Shown: piece by piece, positions 39,118-49,457 of the stretch
How positions within the stretch are numbered: position 1 is the first letter of the stretch
Layout of the letters: each line of letters starts with the position of its first letter
Origin: an uncultured Clostridia bacterium
GTDB taxonomy: Bacteria > UBA6262 > WVXT01
Length of the DNA: 64,000 nucleotides
NCBI GenBank assembly: GCA_964403285.1
Contig: CAYOFG010000005.1
Span: 9,995 to 73,994 of the forward strand
Direction of reading: 5' to 3'
Translations under genes and position numbers: made by a program
Notes under the pieces: model-generated
The model's input: the letters and a program-made list of their open reading frames with translations, nothing else
What the model was told of the DNA's origin: nothing
The model's database searches: none

Positions 39118-39677
39118 TGGACAAGAAGAAAATTGAGAGAGCTGTAAAAATGATTTTGGAGGCAATTGGCGAGGAGCCCTCGCGAGAAGGATTGAAGGGG
39201 ACTCCGCAACGCGTTGCCGAAATGTATGAAGAAATTTTGGCTGGCTATTCAGAGACGCCAGCCAAAGAATTAAAAATTCATTACGAGAAAGAAAACTATG
39301 AAGAGATAGTTCTGGTGCGGGACATTCCCCTTTACTCGATGTGCGAGCACCATATGTTGCCTTTTTTTGGCAGAGCCCACGTAGCTTATATGCCTCATAA
39401 AGATAGAGTTGCCGGGTTGAGCAAAATCGTTAGGGCGGTGGAACTTCTCGCGCGCAAGCTTCAAGTGCAGGAAAGGCTAACCAAGCAGATTGCCGATACC
39501 ATAATGGAGGCATTATCCCCCCAGGGAGTGTTAGTGGTTATTGAAGCGGAACATTTTTGTATGACTATGCGCGGGATAAAGAAACCAGGTTCACTGGTGA
39601 TGACTTCAGCAATGCGAGGTATATTCCTTAAAGACGCCCGTACCCGGAATGAAGCGATGGCCTTAATTAGTAAATAA
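39114..39677 (+). CDS. folE: GTP cyclohydrolase I
   Basis: 187 aa with the conserved [10 protein letters not shown] and GLSK..R blocks. Confidence 0.9.
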   Translation: MMDKKKIERAVKMILEAIGEEPSREGLKGTPQRVAEMYEEILAGYSETPAKELKIHYEKENYEEIVLVRDIPLYSMCEHHMLPFFGRAHVAYMPHKDRVAGLSKIVRAVELLARKLQVQERLTKQIADTIMEALSPQGVLVVIEAEHFCMTMRGIKKPGSLVMTSAMRGIFLKDARTRNEAMALISK

Positions 39678-39769
39678 TATCGGGGTCGGGCACTCTTCAG
39701 AGTGCCGTTCTTCGTCACCCTTAAGGGTGACCGACCTATAACTACATTCCTCCCTTTCGGGAGGACTCC
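39678..39769 (-). repeat. compound palindromic repeat (REP-like), inverted copy of 62364-62507
   Basis: Hairpins GGGCACTCTTCAGAGTGCCC-like, GGTCACCCTTAAGGGTGACC and CCTCCCTTTCGGGAGG. The reverse complement recurs downstream of argS. Confidence 0.8.
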
Positions 39770-39863
39770 AAATTGATGAAGATTGAGTTCCTCGAGTTGT
39801 TTTGCCCTCCGTTATAGCTGCAATTAAATAGAAAAAAATAACTAACAGAAGTAAGTTGATGAA

Positions 39864-41066
39864 ATGGCTGAAAGTCAAGTGAGAGTTATTAGTATAGATG
39901 ATTCTCCTTGTGCTCGCTCAGAAATGGGAAAGATTGACGTCCATGAGACGGGTATCAGGATAATGGAGAAGAAGGCGATTTTCTACTCCATCAAAGTAGA
40001 AAGTGTTAATAGTCAATCCGCCAATATTATTAAACAGGAGATGCTGTCGTTGGGAGGAGAAACAGCAGTTTCCCGCGATGTTTTGAATTTCTCCAGAAAA
40101 AAGTCGGATATTTTGCTTTTAGGTACGGAGAAGCAGTTTGCAGAGTTAATAGTTAAACTTAGCCGACATCCTTTCGGTCTGGCGCTCCTCAGTCAAGAGA
40201 TTAAGAAAGTCCTCTCAAATTATCGGAACAGAGATTTTAGATTAAGTTCTAAAGGACATACCCTGCAATTGGGCAAGAGGACGCTAATTACGGGAGTCCT
40301 AAATGTAACTCCCGACTCTTTTTATGATGGTGGAAGATATAACAGCTTGAAACGGGCGGTGGACCGTGCTTTGGAGATGGTAGAAGAGGGCGCGGACATT
40401 ATCGATATCGGTGGAGAGTCGAGCCGTCCCGGGGCAAGTCCAGTAGGGGAAAAGGAGGAATTGGAGAGGGTGATTCCAGTGATAAAGAAGCTGTCATCCA
40501 GAATTAAGGCGTTTATCTCCATCGACACTTATAAATCAGGAGTAGCAAGAAAGGCTATCGATGTGGGAGCAAGTATAGTCAACGATATTTCCGCACTACG
40601 TATGGACGAAAAGATGGCTAAGGTGGTAGAGAGTAATGGAGTTCCTGTTTGCCTGATGCATATGCAGGGTACTCCACGGAACATGCAGAGGAATCCCAGA
40701 TACAAGGATGTGATAAGCGAGATATTTGCTTTCTTGAGAGAAAGGATAGATTTTTGTGAACAGGCAGGCATTGATATAGAAAAGACTATCGTGGACCCGG
40801 GAATTGGATTTGGCAAGACAGTGGAGCATAATCTACAAATTTTAAAGAACCTCGATCAGTTCAAATCCCTGGGCAGACCGATTATGGTAGGGGTCTCCAG
40901 GAAATCCCTTATAGGGAAAGTCCTCCAGTTAGAGCCTGAGGAGAGATTAGAGGGTTCTCTTGCTTCGGCAATCTGGTCTATGATGAAGGGAGCAAGTATT
41001 CTGAGGGTTCATGATGTTAAAGAGACAAAGAGAGCGGTAAAGATGGTAGAGGCAATTAAAGAATAA
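39864..41066 (+). CDS. folP: dihydropteroate synthase with about 130-aa N-terminal extension
   Basis: The C-terminal 270 aa has LITGVLNVTPDSFYDGG, IIDIGGESSRPG and other pterin-binding DHPS blocks. The N-terminal 130 aa has no recognisable family. Confidence 0.85.
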   Translation: MAESQVRVISIDDSPCARSEMGKIDVHETGIRIMEKKAIFYSIKVESVNSQSANIIKQEMLSLGGETAVSRDVLNFSRKKSDILLLGTEKQFAELIVKLSRHPFGLALLSQEIKKVLSNYRNRDFRLSSKGHTLQLGKRTLITGVLNVTPDSFYDGGRYNSLKRAVDRALEMVEEGADIIDIGGESSRPGASPVGEKEELERVIPVIKKLSSRIKAFISIDTYKSGVARKAIDVGASIVNDISALRMDEKMAKVVESNGVPVCLMHMQGTPRNMQRNPRYKDVISEIFAFLRERIDFCEQAGIDIEKTIVDPGIGFGKTVEHNLQILKNLDQFKSLGRPIMVGVSRKSLIGKVLQLEPEERLEGSLASAIWSMMKGASILRVHDVKETKRAVKMVEAIKE

Positions 41067-41173
41067 AGAAAAGGGGTCAGAGTCATTTTTTCTCACAATT
41101 GCTTTCTTCCACAAAGGTGGGTTGAAACAGGTAGAGATGGGAAAATCACTCTGACCCCATTTTCGCAAAGGGG

Positions 41174-42301
41174 GTGAACATGACAGAAGGGATTGAAGTT
41201 AAGGAAGTAAGAACTAAAAAAGAGTTGATGGAGTTTATAAAATTTCCCTGGAAGGTCTATCAAAATGACCCTTACTGGGTGCCACCATTAATTAATGATG
41301 TAAAACTTATTTTAAGTGAAAAGAACCCTTTCTGGCAACATGCGGAAAAGGAACTTTTCCTCGCCAGAAGAGACGGTAAATCAGTAGGTAGGATTTCTGC
41401 CATAGTTGATGATAACTACATAAATTTTCATAATGAAAAGTTAGGATTCTTTGGGTTCTTCGAGTCCATCGAAGATTATACAGTCGCTGAAAATTTGCTC
41501 AACCGGACAAGAGAATGGTTAAGAGACAAAGGGATGGGGAAAATGGCTGGTCCTATGAACCCTTCTACCAACGACGAGGTGGGTTTCCTGATAGAAGGAT
41601 TCGATTCTAGCCCTTACATTTTGATGACTTATAATCCAAAGTACTATATCGATTTTATGGAGAGATACGGTTTGGTTAAAGGGATGGATTTCTTCGCCTA
41701 TTTGACAGAGGTAGATAAGGGTCCCTTAGAAAGATTAGAAAAAGTGGCTAAGAAAATAAAAGAGAAAAATCCAGATGTTAAAATTCGACAAGGCAATCTA
41801 AAAAACTGGAAAAACGAAGTGGAGAATGTTCGTACAATCTATAATAATGCCTGGGAAAAAAACTGGGGATTCGTTCCCTGGACAAAGGAGGAGTTCTACA
41901 CTGAGGCTATGAAGTTGAAGCCTTTTCTCGTGACGGGAACGCTTCCCATGGCTGAAGTAGATGGTAAGGCAGTGGGAATGTTAATTACGGTTCCTAACTA
42001 TAATGAGGTTACTAAAAAGATGAACGGAAAGTTGAATCCCTGGACTATTCTGAAATTCCTATGGTACAGGAAGAAGATTACTACTCAGCGTTTGCCGATT
42101 ATGGGAGTGGTAAAAGAATATCAGAAGAGAGGAATTGAGACCCTGCTTATGTTGGAAGGATTGAAAGGTTCACAGAAGGTGGGTTATAAATATTGTGAGT
42201 GTTCCTGGGTGCTGGAAGATAACATCTTAACCCAGAGAGCAGCCGAAATGATGGGTGGTAAAGTATACAAAAAGTACAGAGTGTATCAGACCGATATTTG
42301 A
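41174..42301 (+). CDS. hypothetical protein, possibly acyl-CoA N-acyltransferase (GNAT-like) fold
   Basis: 375 aa, soluble. This is a weak pattern-based guess only. Confidence 0.25.
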   Translation: MNMTEGIEVKEVRTKKELMEFIKFPWKVYQNDPYWVPPLINDVKLILSEKNPFWQHAEKELFLARRDGKSVGRISAIVDDNYINFHNEKLGFFGFFESIEDYTVAENLLNRTREWLRDKGMGKMAGPMNPSTNDEVGFLIEGFDSSPYILMTYNPKYYIDFMERYGLVKGMDFFAYLTEVDKGPLERLEKVAKKIKEKNPDVKIRQGNLKNWKNEVENVRTIYNNAWEKNWGFVPWTKEEFYTEAMKLKPFLVTGTLPMAEVDGKAVGMLITVPNYNEVTKKMNGKLNPWTILKFLWYRKKITTQRLPIMGVVKEYQKRGIETLLMLEGLKGSQKVGYKYCECSWVLEDNILTQRAAEMMGGKVYKKYRVYQTDI

Positions 42302-42306
42302 AAGCA

Positions 42307-43317
42307 TTAAGATTGAGAAGACTTTATATGATATTTTGAATTATTCTTATACCATTCTACCGTTTTCTCCATACCTTCATCCAGAGAGACTCTCGGTTGG
42401 TAGCCAAGTTTAGCCCTCGCCTTTTTTATACTGAAATGGTAATCCTTACCCACGTTGGCTATTCTGTAGCGAGTAATGATAGGTGGCTTCTTTGACCGGA
42501 ACAATCTTAAGATTGCCTCACAGACAGCCGCGGCAGAATAGGCTACAGGGTAAGGGACAGAGAACAGAGGTCTTCTTACGCCGAGTTTCTCGGCAATCTT
42601 GTCCGTATATTCCTTCCAGGTAATTTCCAGCCCATCAGTGACAATGAATGTCTCTCCTACTGTATCCTTCCTGTCCACAGCAAGGAGAATGGCATCTATG
42701 AGATTTTCAACATATGTGGGACAGGTCAAAGGTCTTCCTCTGCTAATATAGACCATCTGTCCCTTCTCTATGAGTTCTGCCATTTTTGCAAAAGTCACTC
42801 GATCTCTTGGCCCAAAAACATTCCCCGGCCTGATAATCAATGTAGGTAGACCTCTTTCTCTATGGTATCTATTTACCAGATCCTCCGCTTCTCTTTTGGT
42901 TATGGAGTAGGGGAAGATGGTATCTGTCTTTGGAGAATTCTCTATAGCATTGCGAAAGCCTCTAAACCCGTGAACCGCAGCAGAACTGATAAACACGAAT
43001 CTCTTGACTCCAGAGTTGACTGAGCTTTCCATAAGGTTCTTGGTACCTTCCACATTTACTTTTCTAAATAGTTCTATTGGTCCCCAATCGGATGCTCGTC
43101 CTGCCACATGGTATACTACATCTATTCCTTGAGTAGCTTTATCTAATAACGCTTTATCCGATAAATCTCCAAAGAATAATTTTACTTTCAGCCCTTCAAG
43201 GAAAGAGAGATTACTGGTTTTCCTCACCAGGCCCGATACTTCTTGACCTTCTGCAATCAGGCGTGTTGCCAGATTGCTTCCAATAAAACCATTTATTCCC
43301 GTAATAAACGTTTTCAT
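42307..43317 (-). CDS. NAD-dependent epimerase/dehydratase (SDR family)
   Basis: N-terminal TGINGFIGSNL Rossmann motif and a YxxxK-type active-site region. Confidence 0.8.
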   Translation of the reverse strand: MKTFITGINGFIGSNLATRLIAEGQEVSGLVRKTSNLSFLEGLKVKLFFGDLSDKALLDKATQGIDVVYHVAGRASDWGPIELFRKVNVEGTKNLMESSVNSGVKRFVFISSAAVHGFRGFRNAIENSPKTDTIFPYSITKREAEDLVNRYHRERGLPTLIIRPGNVFGPRDRVTFAKMAELIEKGQMVYISRGRPLTCPTYVENLIDAILLAVDRKDTVGETFIVTDGLEITWKEYTDKIAEKLGVRRPLFSVPYPVAYSAAAVCEAILRLFRSKKPPIITRYRIANVGKDYHFSIKKARAKLGYQPRVSLDEGMEKTVEWYKNNSKYHIKSSQS

Positions 43318-43364
43318 CTCAAAAAAGGGAACAAGCTACTTTTCCCACTCCTCCTTCAATATGA

Positions 43365-43413
43365 AAAAGGTGACAGGTACTTTTTTCTAAATATTGTACC
43401 TGTCACTTTTTTT
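43365..43413. terminator. palindromic hairpin AAAAAGGTGACAGGTAC-N15-GTACCTGTCAC-T7 (bidirectional terminator-like; REP family member)
   Basis: Perfect 11-bp inverted repeat flanked by an A-run and a T-run. The same arms recur at 10250/10494 and 14808. Confidence 0.6.
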
Positions 43414-43414
43414 G

Positions 43415-44140
43415 CTACAGAATAGTTACCAATAAGTCCGTGGAGACTCCTATATAGGAATGGATTATGAGGGGATACAATATAGACCGGGTTCGTAAAG
43501 CAAGATAGCCCAATACTAATCCCAGAATTATCGACCCTAAGAATTCCGGCTCTGGCTTATTAAAATGTAAGATAGATGAGGGAATAACTTGTAGTAAAAT
43601 TGCATAGGTATCACCGAATTTTTCTCTCAATCCAAATAGTATGTATCCTCTAAAAAAGAACTCCCAGCCCACATAATATAACAAAACATAAGAAAATTCA
43701 TACAATAAGAAAACCGAAGCCTTATCCTGTACCAGTTTTGATAGCGGGTATTCTGCACGAAACTGTGGCATATATGCTCCCAGAATCATTATCGGAGTCA
43801 CAATAAGAGGAATAGTTATAATAATAAATCGTAATCCATATCTTTTATCTCCCAAGGAAAGTCCATAATCCTTAAGTTTCTCTTTAAAAACCAGTTTTAT
43901 GATTACCAGAGGAAAGAGAAAAAACAGAATGAGTGTAGCCAGAAATTGGTAAACATAGCGGTATATGTCGAAATAGCATAAATTAGAAAGGTGAGAAAAA
44001 TATCGTGCAAATGCCTCGTCCATCCCGTGGTAAATGTAGACTAATATAATTACAGGGACAGAAAGGAGAAGAATTTTTGTTTTCCAATCACCTTCTTTTA
44101 AGGTCTCAATGAATCTCAATCTTCCTCCCTTATTAAGCAA
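43415..44140 (-). CDS. CPBP-family intramembrane metalloprotease (CAAX protease/Abi-like)
   Basis: Multi-TM protein with the EFFFRG motif (WEFFFRGY) and downstream conserved His residues. Confidence 0.7.
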   Translation of the reverse strand: MLNKGGRLRFIETLKEGDWKTKILLLSVPVIILVYIYHGMDEAFARYFSHLSNLCYFDIYRYVYQFLATLILFFLFPLVIIKLVFKEKLKDYGLSLGDKRYGLRFIIITIPLIVTPIMILGAYMPQFRAEYPLSKLVQDKASVFLLYEFSYVLLYYVGWEFFFRGYILFGLREKFGDTYAILLQVIPSSILHFNKPEPEFLGSIILGLVLGYLALRTRSILYPLIIHSYIGVSTDLLVTIL

Positions 44141-45068
44141 ATTTTGTCTCAGGCAAAACTACCTGAATAGCCTGAGGGCAGATTTCGATTTCTTGAGGGA
44201 GAGTGCCCATAATTTCTCCATCAACCTGTATCCACACTTCCCCGGGGGCATCAATCTCTATCTTCTTTGCCTTGGTATATTCCACATCTTTAAAATAGGT
44301 GTGGCGCCCTCGCAAAATGCCCAAGACATAACGGAGAATATCTCTTCTTTTACCATTTTTAAATATAATAACATCCAGATAGCCATCAGCCATGTCGGCT
44401 TCAGGGGCAATTATGGAAGATACACCGTAGAAACTCCCGTTGGAGATAATTGCCTCAAAACCTCGCCGGGAAGAGCCATCCACTCTAATAGAAAGTTCAG
44501 TTGCTTGGTGTTTAATTAACACGCCCACTCCTGCTATCAAATGAGCAGGGATCCCGCCCAAGGTTCTTACCAGGTTAGGCTTCAGTGATTTAATTACCGA
44601 AGCCTCGTATCCTATTCCTGCCATGGAAACAAAGTAGCGGAGGAAATTGCCAGTTCCCACTTTCCCCAGGTCGATTTTCCTCACGTATTTTTTAATAACA
44701 ATTTCACAGGCCCGGATAGGGTCAAGAGGAATACCTGCAGAAAGCGCATAAATATTACTTGTACCGCAGGGAATAAATCCTATAGGAAGGGAACTGTGGG
44801 AAGAGACCACTCCGTTAATTACCTCGTTCATAGTCCCATCGCCTCCACAGACCACAATCAGGTCATACTCTTCCCCGCTTACTTTCTGAGCTTCCTGAAA
44901 TGCACCGTTTTTCTCTTTGGTTATAGCCCAACTGAGGGAATTATCCTTTCCCAGAATTTCCTTAATTATGGGCAGGTAAGTTTCTATTTTCTTGCCACCA
45001 GATAAAGGATTTACGATTAGTTTCATTCTCATAGTATTGAATTCCTTTACTTTGACTAAGTATATCAA
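44133..45068 (-). CDS. diacylglycerol/lipid kinase family protein (YegS/DgkA-type catalytic domain)
   Basis: LIVNPLSGGKK and VVCGGDGTMNEVINGV motifs. Confidence 0.8.
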   Translation of the reverse strand: MIYLVKVKEFNTMRMKLIVNPLSGGKKIETYLPIIKEILGKDNSLSWAITKEKNGAFQEAQKVSGEEYDLIVVCGGDGTMNEVINGVVSSHSSLPIGFIPCGTSNIYALSAGIPLDPIRACEIVIKKYVRKIDLGKVGTGNFLRYFVSMAGIGYEASVIKSLKPNLVRTLGGIPAHLIAGVGVLIKHQATELSIRVDGSSRRGFEAIISNGSFYGVSSIIAPEADMADGYLDVIIFKNGKRRDILRYVLGILRGRHTYFKDVEYTKAKKIEIDAPGEVWIQVDGEIMGTLPQEIEICPQAIQVVLPETKFA

Positions 45069-45199
45069 AATGGTATCACTCGGTCAAGGCAAAACTATCT
45101 CCTGTTTTTTCTCTTGCGTTTTTTGAGATTTCGTGGTAATCTAAAAATGGGTACTTGTAAGCTATTCCCGGAAACTTAAGCGGTCATCATCCATATCTT

Positions 45200-47542
45200 T
45201 TGCCAAAAATGAAAAACGCAAAATATTGTTTGCTATTATTTTTATTTCTCGCCTTTTTTGTCCCATTTTGCTGGGCTCTTCCTGATCTATATATCTCCGA
45301 ATCAGACATCAGTTTTAGTACTGATTATCCCGACTCAAGTGAAGTATTTACTATTTCAGCAACTGTACATAACAGTGGGGATGACTATTCTGATCCGGTT
45401 TTTACTAAGAATCCTGGACCTGTCGACCTGATGGCAGCAGTATATAATAGTCAGTGGCTTGCTCAATCGTTTAATCACTCGGATGATATAAACTTAACAG
45501 GTGTAAGTCTGTTTATAAAAGATGTTGGAAATGATGATTCTCTAATTGTAACGATTGAGACAAATACTGCAGGTAATCTGCCGAGCGGCTTTGAAATTGC
45601 CTCCAGCACAGAAAATAGTAGTGGTGACGGATATTACTGGGTCGATTTTATGTTTTCTGGATTAGTCTCTTTATCAGCAAATACTACATACTGGATAGTA
45701 ACTCACAATTATGCTGTGGCCGACTCAGATGGGTATAAAGTAGTACTCACATCTTATAACTATTATGCTTCCGGCATAGAGGCTTACTCATATGACCAGG
45801 GAGGTACGTGGGAAGAATGGCAGAAACGCGATTTGTTGTTTGAAGCATATCGCTCTACAACAACTATAGTCAAATTCTATGATGGCGACCCGGATTCTGG
45901 AGGTTTTTTGATTGGTACAGACGAAATATCTCCAGTTCCTAACGGAGGTAGTGTAACTGCATCCATCTCAACTTCTACTTCCGCTGGCTATCATAGTATT
46001 TATGTCCATATAAACATGGATAATTACATTGTTGAACAGGATACAACTGATAATAAGGCTTATAATACAATTGCTGTAGATTTTCCCAGAGTTGTAAGTG
46101 CGGAAACAATTGATGCTGACCTCAATGGCTGTATAGATGCTTATTATATTGTCTTTAATGAGGATATAAATGATTCTGATTCTCAATTCAATCCGGCGGG
46201 TTTTACAGTTGATGGTCATAGTATCATAGGTGTCATCACCACTCTGGCAAATCATCTGGATGAGTTAGATGATGATGATATCTATCTTTGCTTTACTGAA
46301 AGCGGAATCCCTGATACTGGCATCGTTCCCGAAATCACTTATAGTAGCGCTACCGGAAAACTGACAGACCTGGACGATGGTAATCCTTTGCTTGATATTG
46401 GTCCATCGGACATAACCGAGGCCGATGGAACATCTCCGGCAATCAATTCTCTTCTTTCCTTTCCCCAAGACGGTGGACTGGGTGTCCTGATTGATGACTC
46501 AATTCAGATTATTTTTGCTGAAGAGATGAATGTCGACACTACAACCAGCGCCATCAAGGTAGAAGCAATTGTAAATAAAGATAGGGAAACTATAACTCCT
46601 GAGATAGTTTCCGGAGATTTTTCCTCTTCTTATGATGAAACTACCCACCGACATAAATTCATTTTTCAGCCGATTCCCACTCTAAAAAATAATTATACTT
46701 ATCGAGTTACTGTTGATACAACAGCAACAGATACCACTGGTGAACATTTTAGCGGCTTTGAGTTCGATTTTACCACAATTTCCAATTACCGGGAGTCGAA
46801 TACGTTTCTTTCAGGTGATGGCAAAATGAAAATAGCTTTACATGCTGCAACATTGAAAAAGGATTTCTTTGTAGAGGTGAGCACCTCTCCTCTTAAGGAC
46901 TCTTCCAAGAAAAACAATATAATTGATGCCAATAATAAACTTGACAATGATGATGACCCATTTTCCTTTACCCTGGAACCCACTATAGTAGAGATAGAAG
47001 CTTTTGATGCCAATGGGGATGCGATTACTGATGCCTTTGAAATTCCGGCAACTATAACTTTGTCTTACGAAGATAATAACCCTGAGAATGGGATTGTTGA
47101 TGAAACATCACCTGCGTTGAGAGAAAAGACATTACAAGTTTACTGGCTTGACGAGTCACATAGCCTCTGGGTGAAATTATCAGGTTCAAAAGTTGATACT
47201 GACTCTAACCGCGTTTCAGCTGACACGTTTCACTTTAGCGTTTTTAGCCTGCATGGAATGGGAACGACCGATTTGAGCGATGCTTATGCTTATCCTGTTC
47301 CGTTTATACCCAGTCGGGGAGATGAGGATATCACCTTTACAAACATTTCTCCTTTATGCACAATTAAAATATACACCCTGAATGGCGAACTTGTTAGAAC
47401 TATTGAACATACAAGCGGCAAAACTAGTCGTTCGTGGGACGTTACCAATGATAGAGGAGACAGGTTGGGAAGCGGAGTCTACCTTTACTTAATTGATAGT
47501 AATAGAAGCAAAAAGAAAGGGAAATTAATAATCATTCGATAA
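45200..47542 (+). CDS. large secreted protein with T9SS C-terminal sorting domain
   Basis: Signal peptide. The C-terminus ...CTIKIYTLNGELVRTI...WDVTNDRGDRLGSGVYLYLI...KKGKLIIIR matches the Por-secretion-tail pattern. Confidence 0.6.
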   Translation: MPKMKNAKYCLLLFLFLAFFVPFCWALPDLYISESDISFSTDYPDSSEVFTISATVHNSGDDYSDPVFTKNPGPVDLMAAVYNSQWLAQSFNHSDDINLTGVSLFIKDVGNDDSLIVTIETNTAGNLPSGFEIASSTENSSGDGYYWVDFMFSGLVSLSANTTYWIVTHNYAVADSDGYKVVLTSYNYYASGIEAYSYDQGGTWEEWQKRDLLFEAYRSTTTIVKFYDGDPDSGGFLIGTDEISPVPNGGSVTASISTSTSAGYHSIYVHINMDNYIVEQDTTDNKAYNTIAVDFPRVVSAETIDADLNGCIDAYYIVFNEDINDSDSQFNPAGFTVDGHSIIGVITTLANHLDELDDDDIYLCFTESGIPDTGIVPEITYSSATGKLTDLDDGNPLLDIGPSDITEADGTSPAINSLLSFPQDGGLGVLIDDSIQIIFAEEMNVDTTTSAIKVEAIVNKDRETITPEIVSGDFSSSYDETTHRHKFIFQPIPTLKNNYTYRVTVDTTATDTTGEHFSGFEFDFTTISNYRESNTFLSGDGKMKIALHAATLKKDFFVEVSTSPLKDSSKKNNIIDANNKLDNDDDPFSFTLEPTIVEIEAFDANGDAITDAFEIPATITLSYEDNNPENGIVDETSPALREKTLQVYWLDESHSLWVKLSGSKVDTDSNRVSADTFHFSVFSLHGMGTTDLSDAYAYPVPFIPSRGDEDITFTNISPLCTIKIYTLNGELVRTIEHTSGKTSRSWDVTNDRGDRLGSGVYLYLIDSNRSKKKGKLIIIR

Positions 47543-47546
47543 AATT

Positions 47547-49457
47547 ATGAAAGAATGGATATATAAATTAATTATATTTATCATATTGTCCGTTGGCCTG
47601 TCACTTCCGGATTGTTTTGCTAAGGGACGGGGAACTACAGGAGCAAATTTCTTAAAGATAGATGTGGGAGCCAGACCCTTGGGAATGGGGGGTGCTTTTG
47701 TTGCTGTAGCAGATGATGTTAACACTATTTGGTGGAACCCGGCGGGAGCTGCCACTACAAAGCGTAAAGAGATAACCTTAATGCATAATGAAATGGGTGA
47801 AGATATACGCTATCAATTCTTGGCTTATAGCCAGCCGGTAGGAAAACTGCGAGGAGGATTAGGGGGAAGCATATCCTATTTAAGTGTAAGCGATATTCAG
47901 GGATATAGCCCCGGGGGGATAGAAACCAAAAAGTTAAGCACATATGATTTGGGAATCAGTTTATGTTATGGTTTAAGAATTATTCCTTCCGTTTCCGGGG
48001 GCGTCAATTTTAAATTTATTGCAGAGAAACTGGCTGATAGGAAAGCTTCCACCTGTGCGTTGGACATAGGAGGGTTGTGGAAGACGCCTGTTTCTGGTTT
48101 ACGATTGGGATTCAATATTCAAAACCTCGGAGGAGGACTTAAGTTTATCGAGGAGAGGTCATCCCTTCCTCTAAATGGTAAACTCGGTTGTGCTTACGAA
48201 TTTGAGTTTTTTGGCGCTAAATCAATTGTTGCCATGGATGTCAATATACCGGTTGACTATAGCGTTTTTGTAAATGGTGGAGTGGAATGCAAAATATACG
48301 ATTTGATTGCTTTACGTGCAGGATTCAAGTCAAAAGATGATTTGTCCAGTGGACTCCGTTTAGGGATAGGAATTGGGGGGAAAAATTTGGTAGTTGACTA
48401 TTCCTGGCTATCCAGAGGAGATTTTGAGAATAGCCACCGTGTGAGTGCTACTCTCCGTTTCGGCAGAGAGTATGAAGAGAGTATGATTGAAACAGATATT
48501 AAAGAACATTTTGAGCGAGGCAAGAAATATTTTCATAACGGACAACTACTTAACGCCCACAGGGAGTTCAAAAACATACTTTTGGTTAGTCCGGGGCACA
48601 AAGGCGCGCGTGATTTTATAAGCCGCATCGAAGTCAGCGTAGAGGAAGTGGAAGTTGCGAAGGATATCACTAATTTCTTTAGCCAGGGAGAAAAGTATTA
48701 CAAAAAAGGTGATTTGATTTCTGCGCGCGCAATGTTTGAGGAGATTATTGCCCTTAATCCCGACCATCAAGAAGCAAGGGATTATATTAATATGATTGAG
48801 CAAAGGTTCGGTGAAGTCGTTAATTCCATTTTTGTAAGAGGAGTATCATATTATGAACAGGCGAATTACTCTAATGCTCTTGAGGAAATGAAAAAAGTCT
48901 TATCCCTTAATCCCGACCACCGGGAGGCAAAAGAATATATAACGCTCATTGAGAATAAGCAGAGGGAGCTGGAGAAAATCAAATTTGCCTTAAAGAAAAA
49001 ACAGGAAGAAGAAAGAAAAAACAGGAAAATCTCCGCCTGCCTCAAGAAAGGACTAAATTATTATGAAGAGAAACAGTGGACAAAAGCGATTAACTTATTT
49101 AATGAGGTGTTAGCTCTTGCCCCTGGCCATAAAGTAGCATTAGAGCATATTGTTATTTGTTACTATGCACAGGGACTCACCCTGCATAAAGAAGGCAAAT
49201 TGCTGGAAGCACTGCATATGTTCAACAATGTGCTCAGGTTATATCCGGAACATGAAGAGGCTCAAGAACGGATTTCCCGAATAGATGAGGAATGTAAGGA
49301 AAAAGCAGAACAGTACAATCGAGAAGGGCTGGTAGAATATACCCAGGGGAATTTGCAGGAAGCCATAGAAGCCTGGGAGAATGCGCTTCGTTTCTATCCT
49401 GACCTGGAGACAGCGCGAAAGAATCTGGAAAGAGCCCAAAAGGAAATAAACAAATGA
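47547..49457 (+). CDS. outer-membrane beta-barrel (PorV/FadL-like family) fused to C-terminal TPR repeats
   Basis: Signal peptide, then GARPLGMGGAFVAVADDVNTIWWNPAG motif and beta-strand-rich region to about residue 300. After that come 7-8 TPR-like repeats (..A...F..IL.L.P.H.EA..YI..IE..). Confidence 0.45.
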   Translation: MKEWIYKLIIFIILSVGLSLPDCFAKGRGTTGANFLKIDVGARPLGMGGAFVAVADDVNTIWWNPAGAATTKRKEITLMHNEMGEDIRYQFLAYSQPVGKLRGGLGGSISYLSVSDIQGYSPGGIETKKLSTYDLGISLCYGLRIIPSVSGGVNFKFIAEKLADRKASTCALDIGGLWKTPVSGLRLGFNIQNLGGGLKFIEERSSLPLNGKLGCAYEFEFFGAKSIVAMDVNIPVDYSVFVNGGVECKIYDLIALRAGFKSKDDLSSGLRLGIGIGGKNLVVDYSWLSRGDFENSHRVSATLRFGREYEESMIETDIKEHFERGKKYFHNGQLLNAHREFKNILLVSPGHKGARDFISRIEVSVEEVEVAKDITNFFSQGEKYYKKGDLISARAMFEEIIALNPDHQEARDYINMIEQRFGEVVNSIFVRGVSYYEQANYSNALEEMKKVLSLNPDHREAKEYITLIENKQRELEKIKFALKKKQEEERKNRKISACLKKGLNYYEEKQWTKAINLFNEVLALAPGHKVALEHIVICYYAQGLTLHKEGKLLEALHMFNNVLRLYPEHEEAQERISRIDEECKEKAEQYNREGLVEYTQGNLQEAIEAWENALRFYPDLETARKNLERAQKEINK

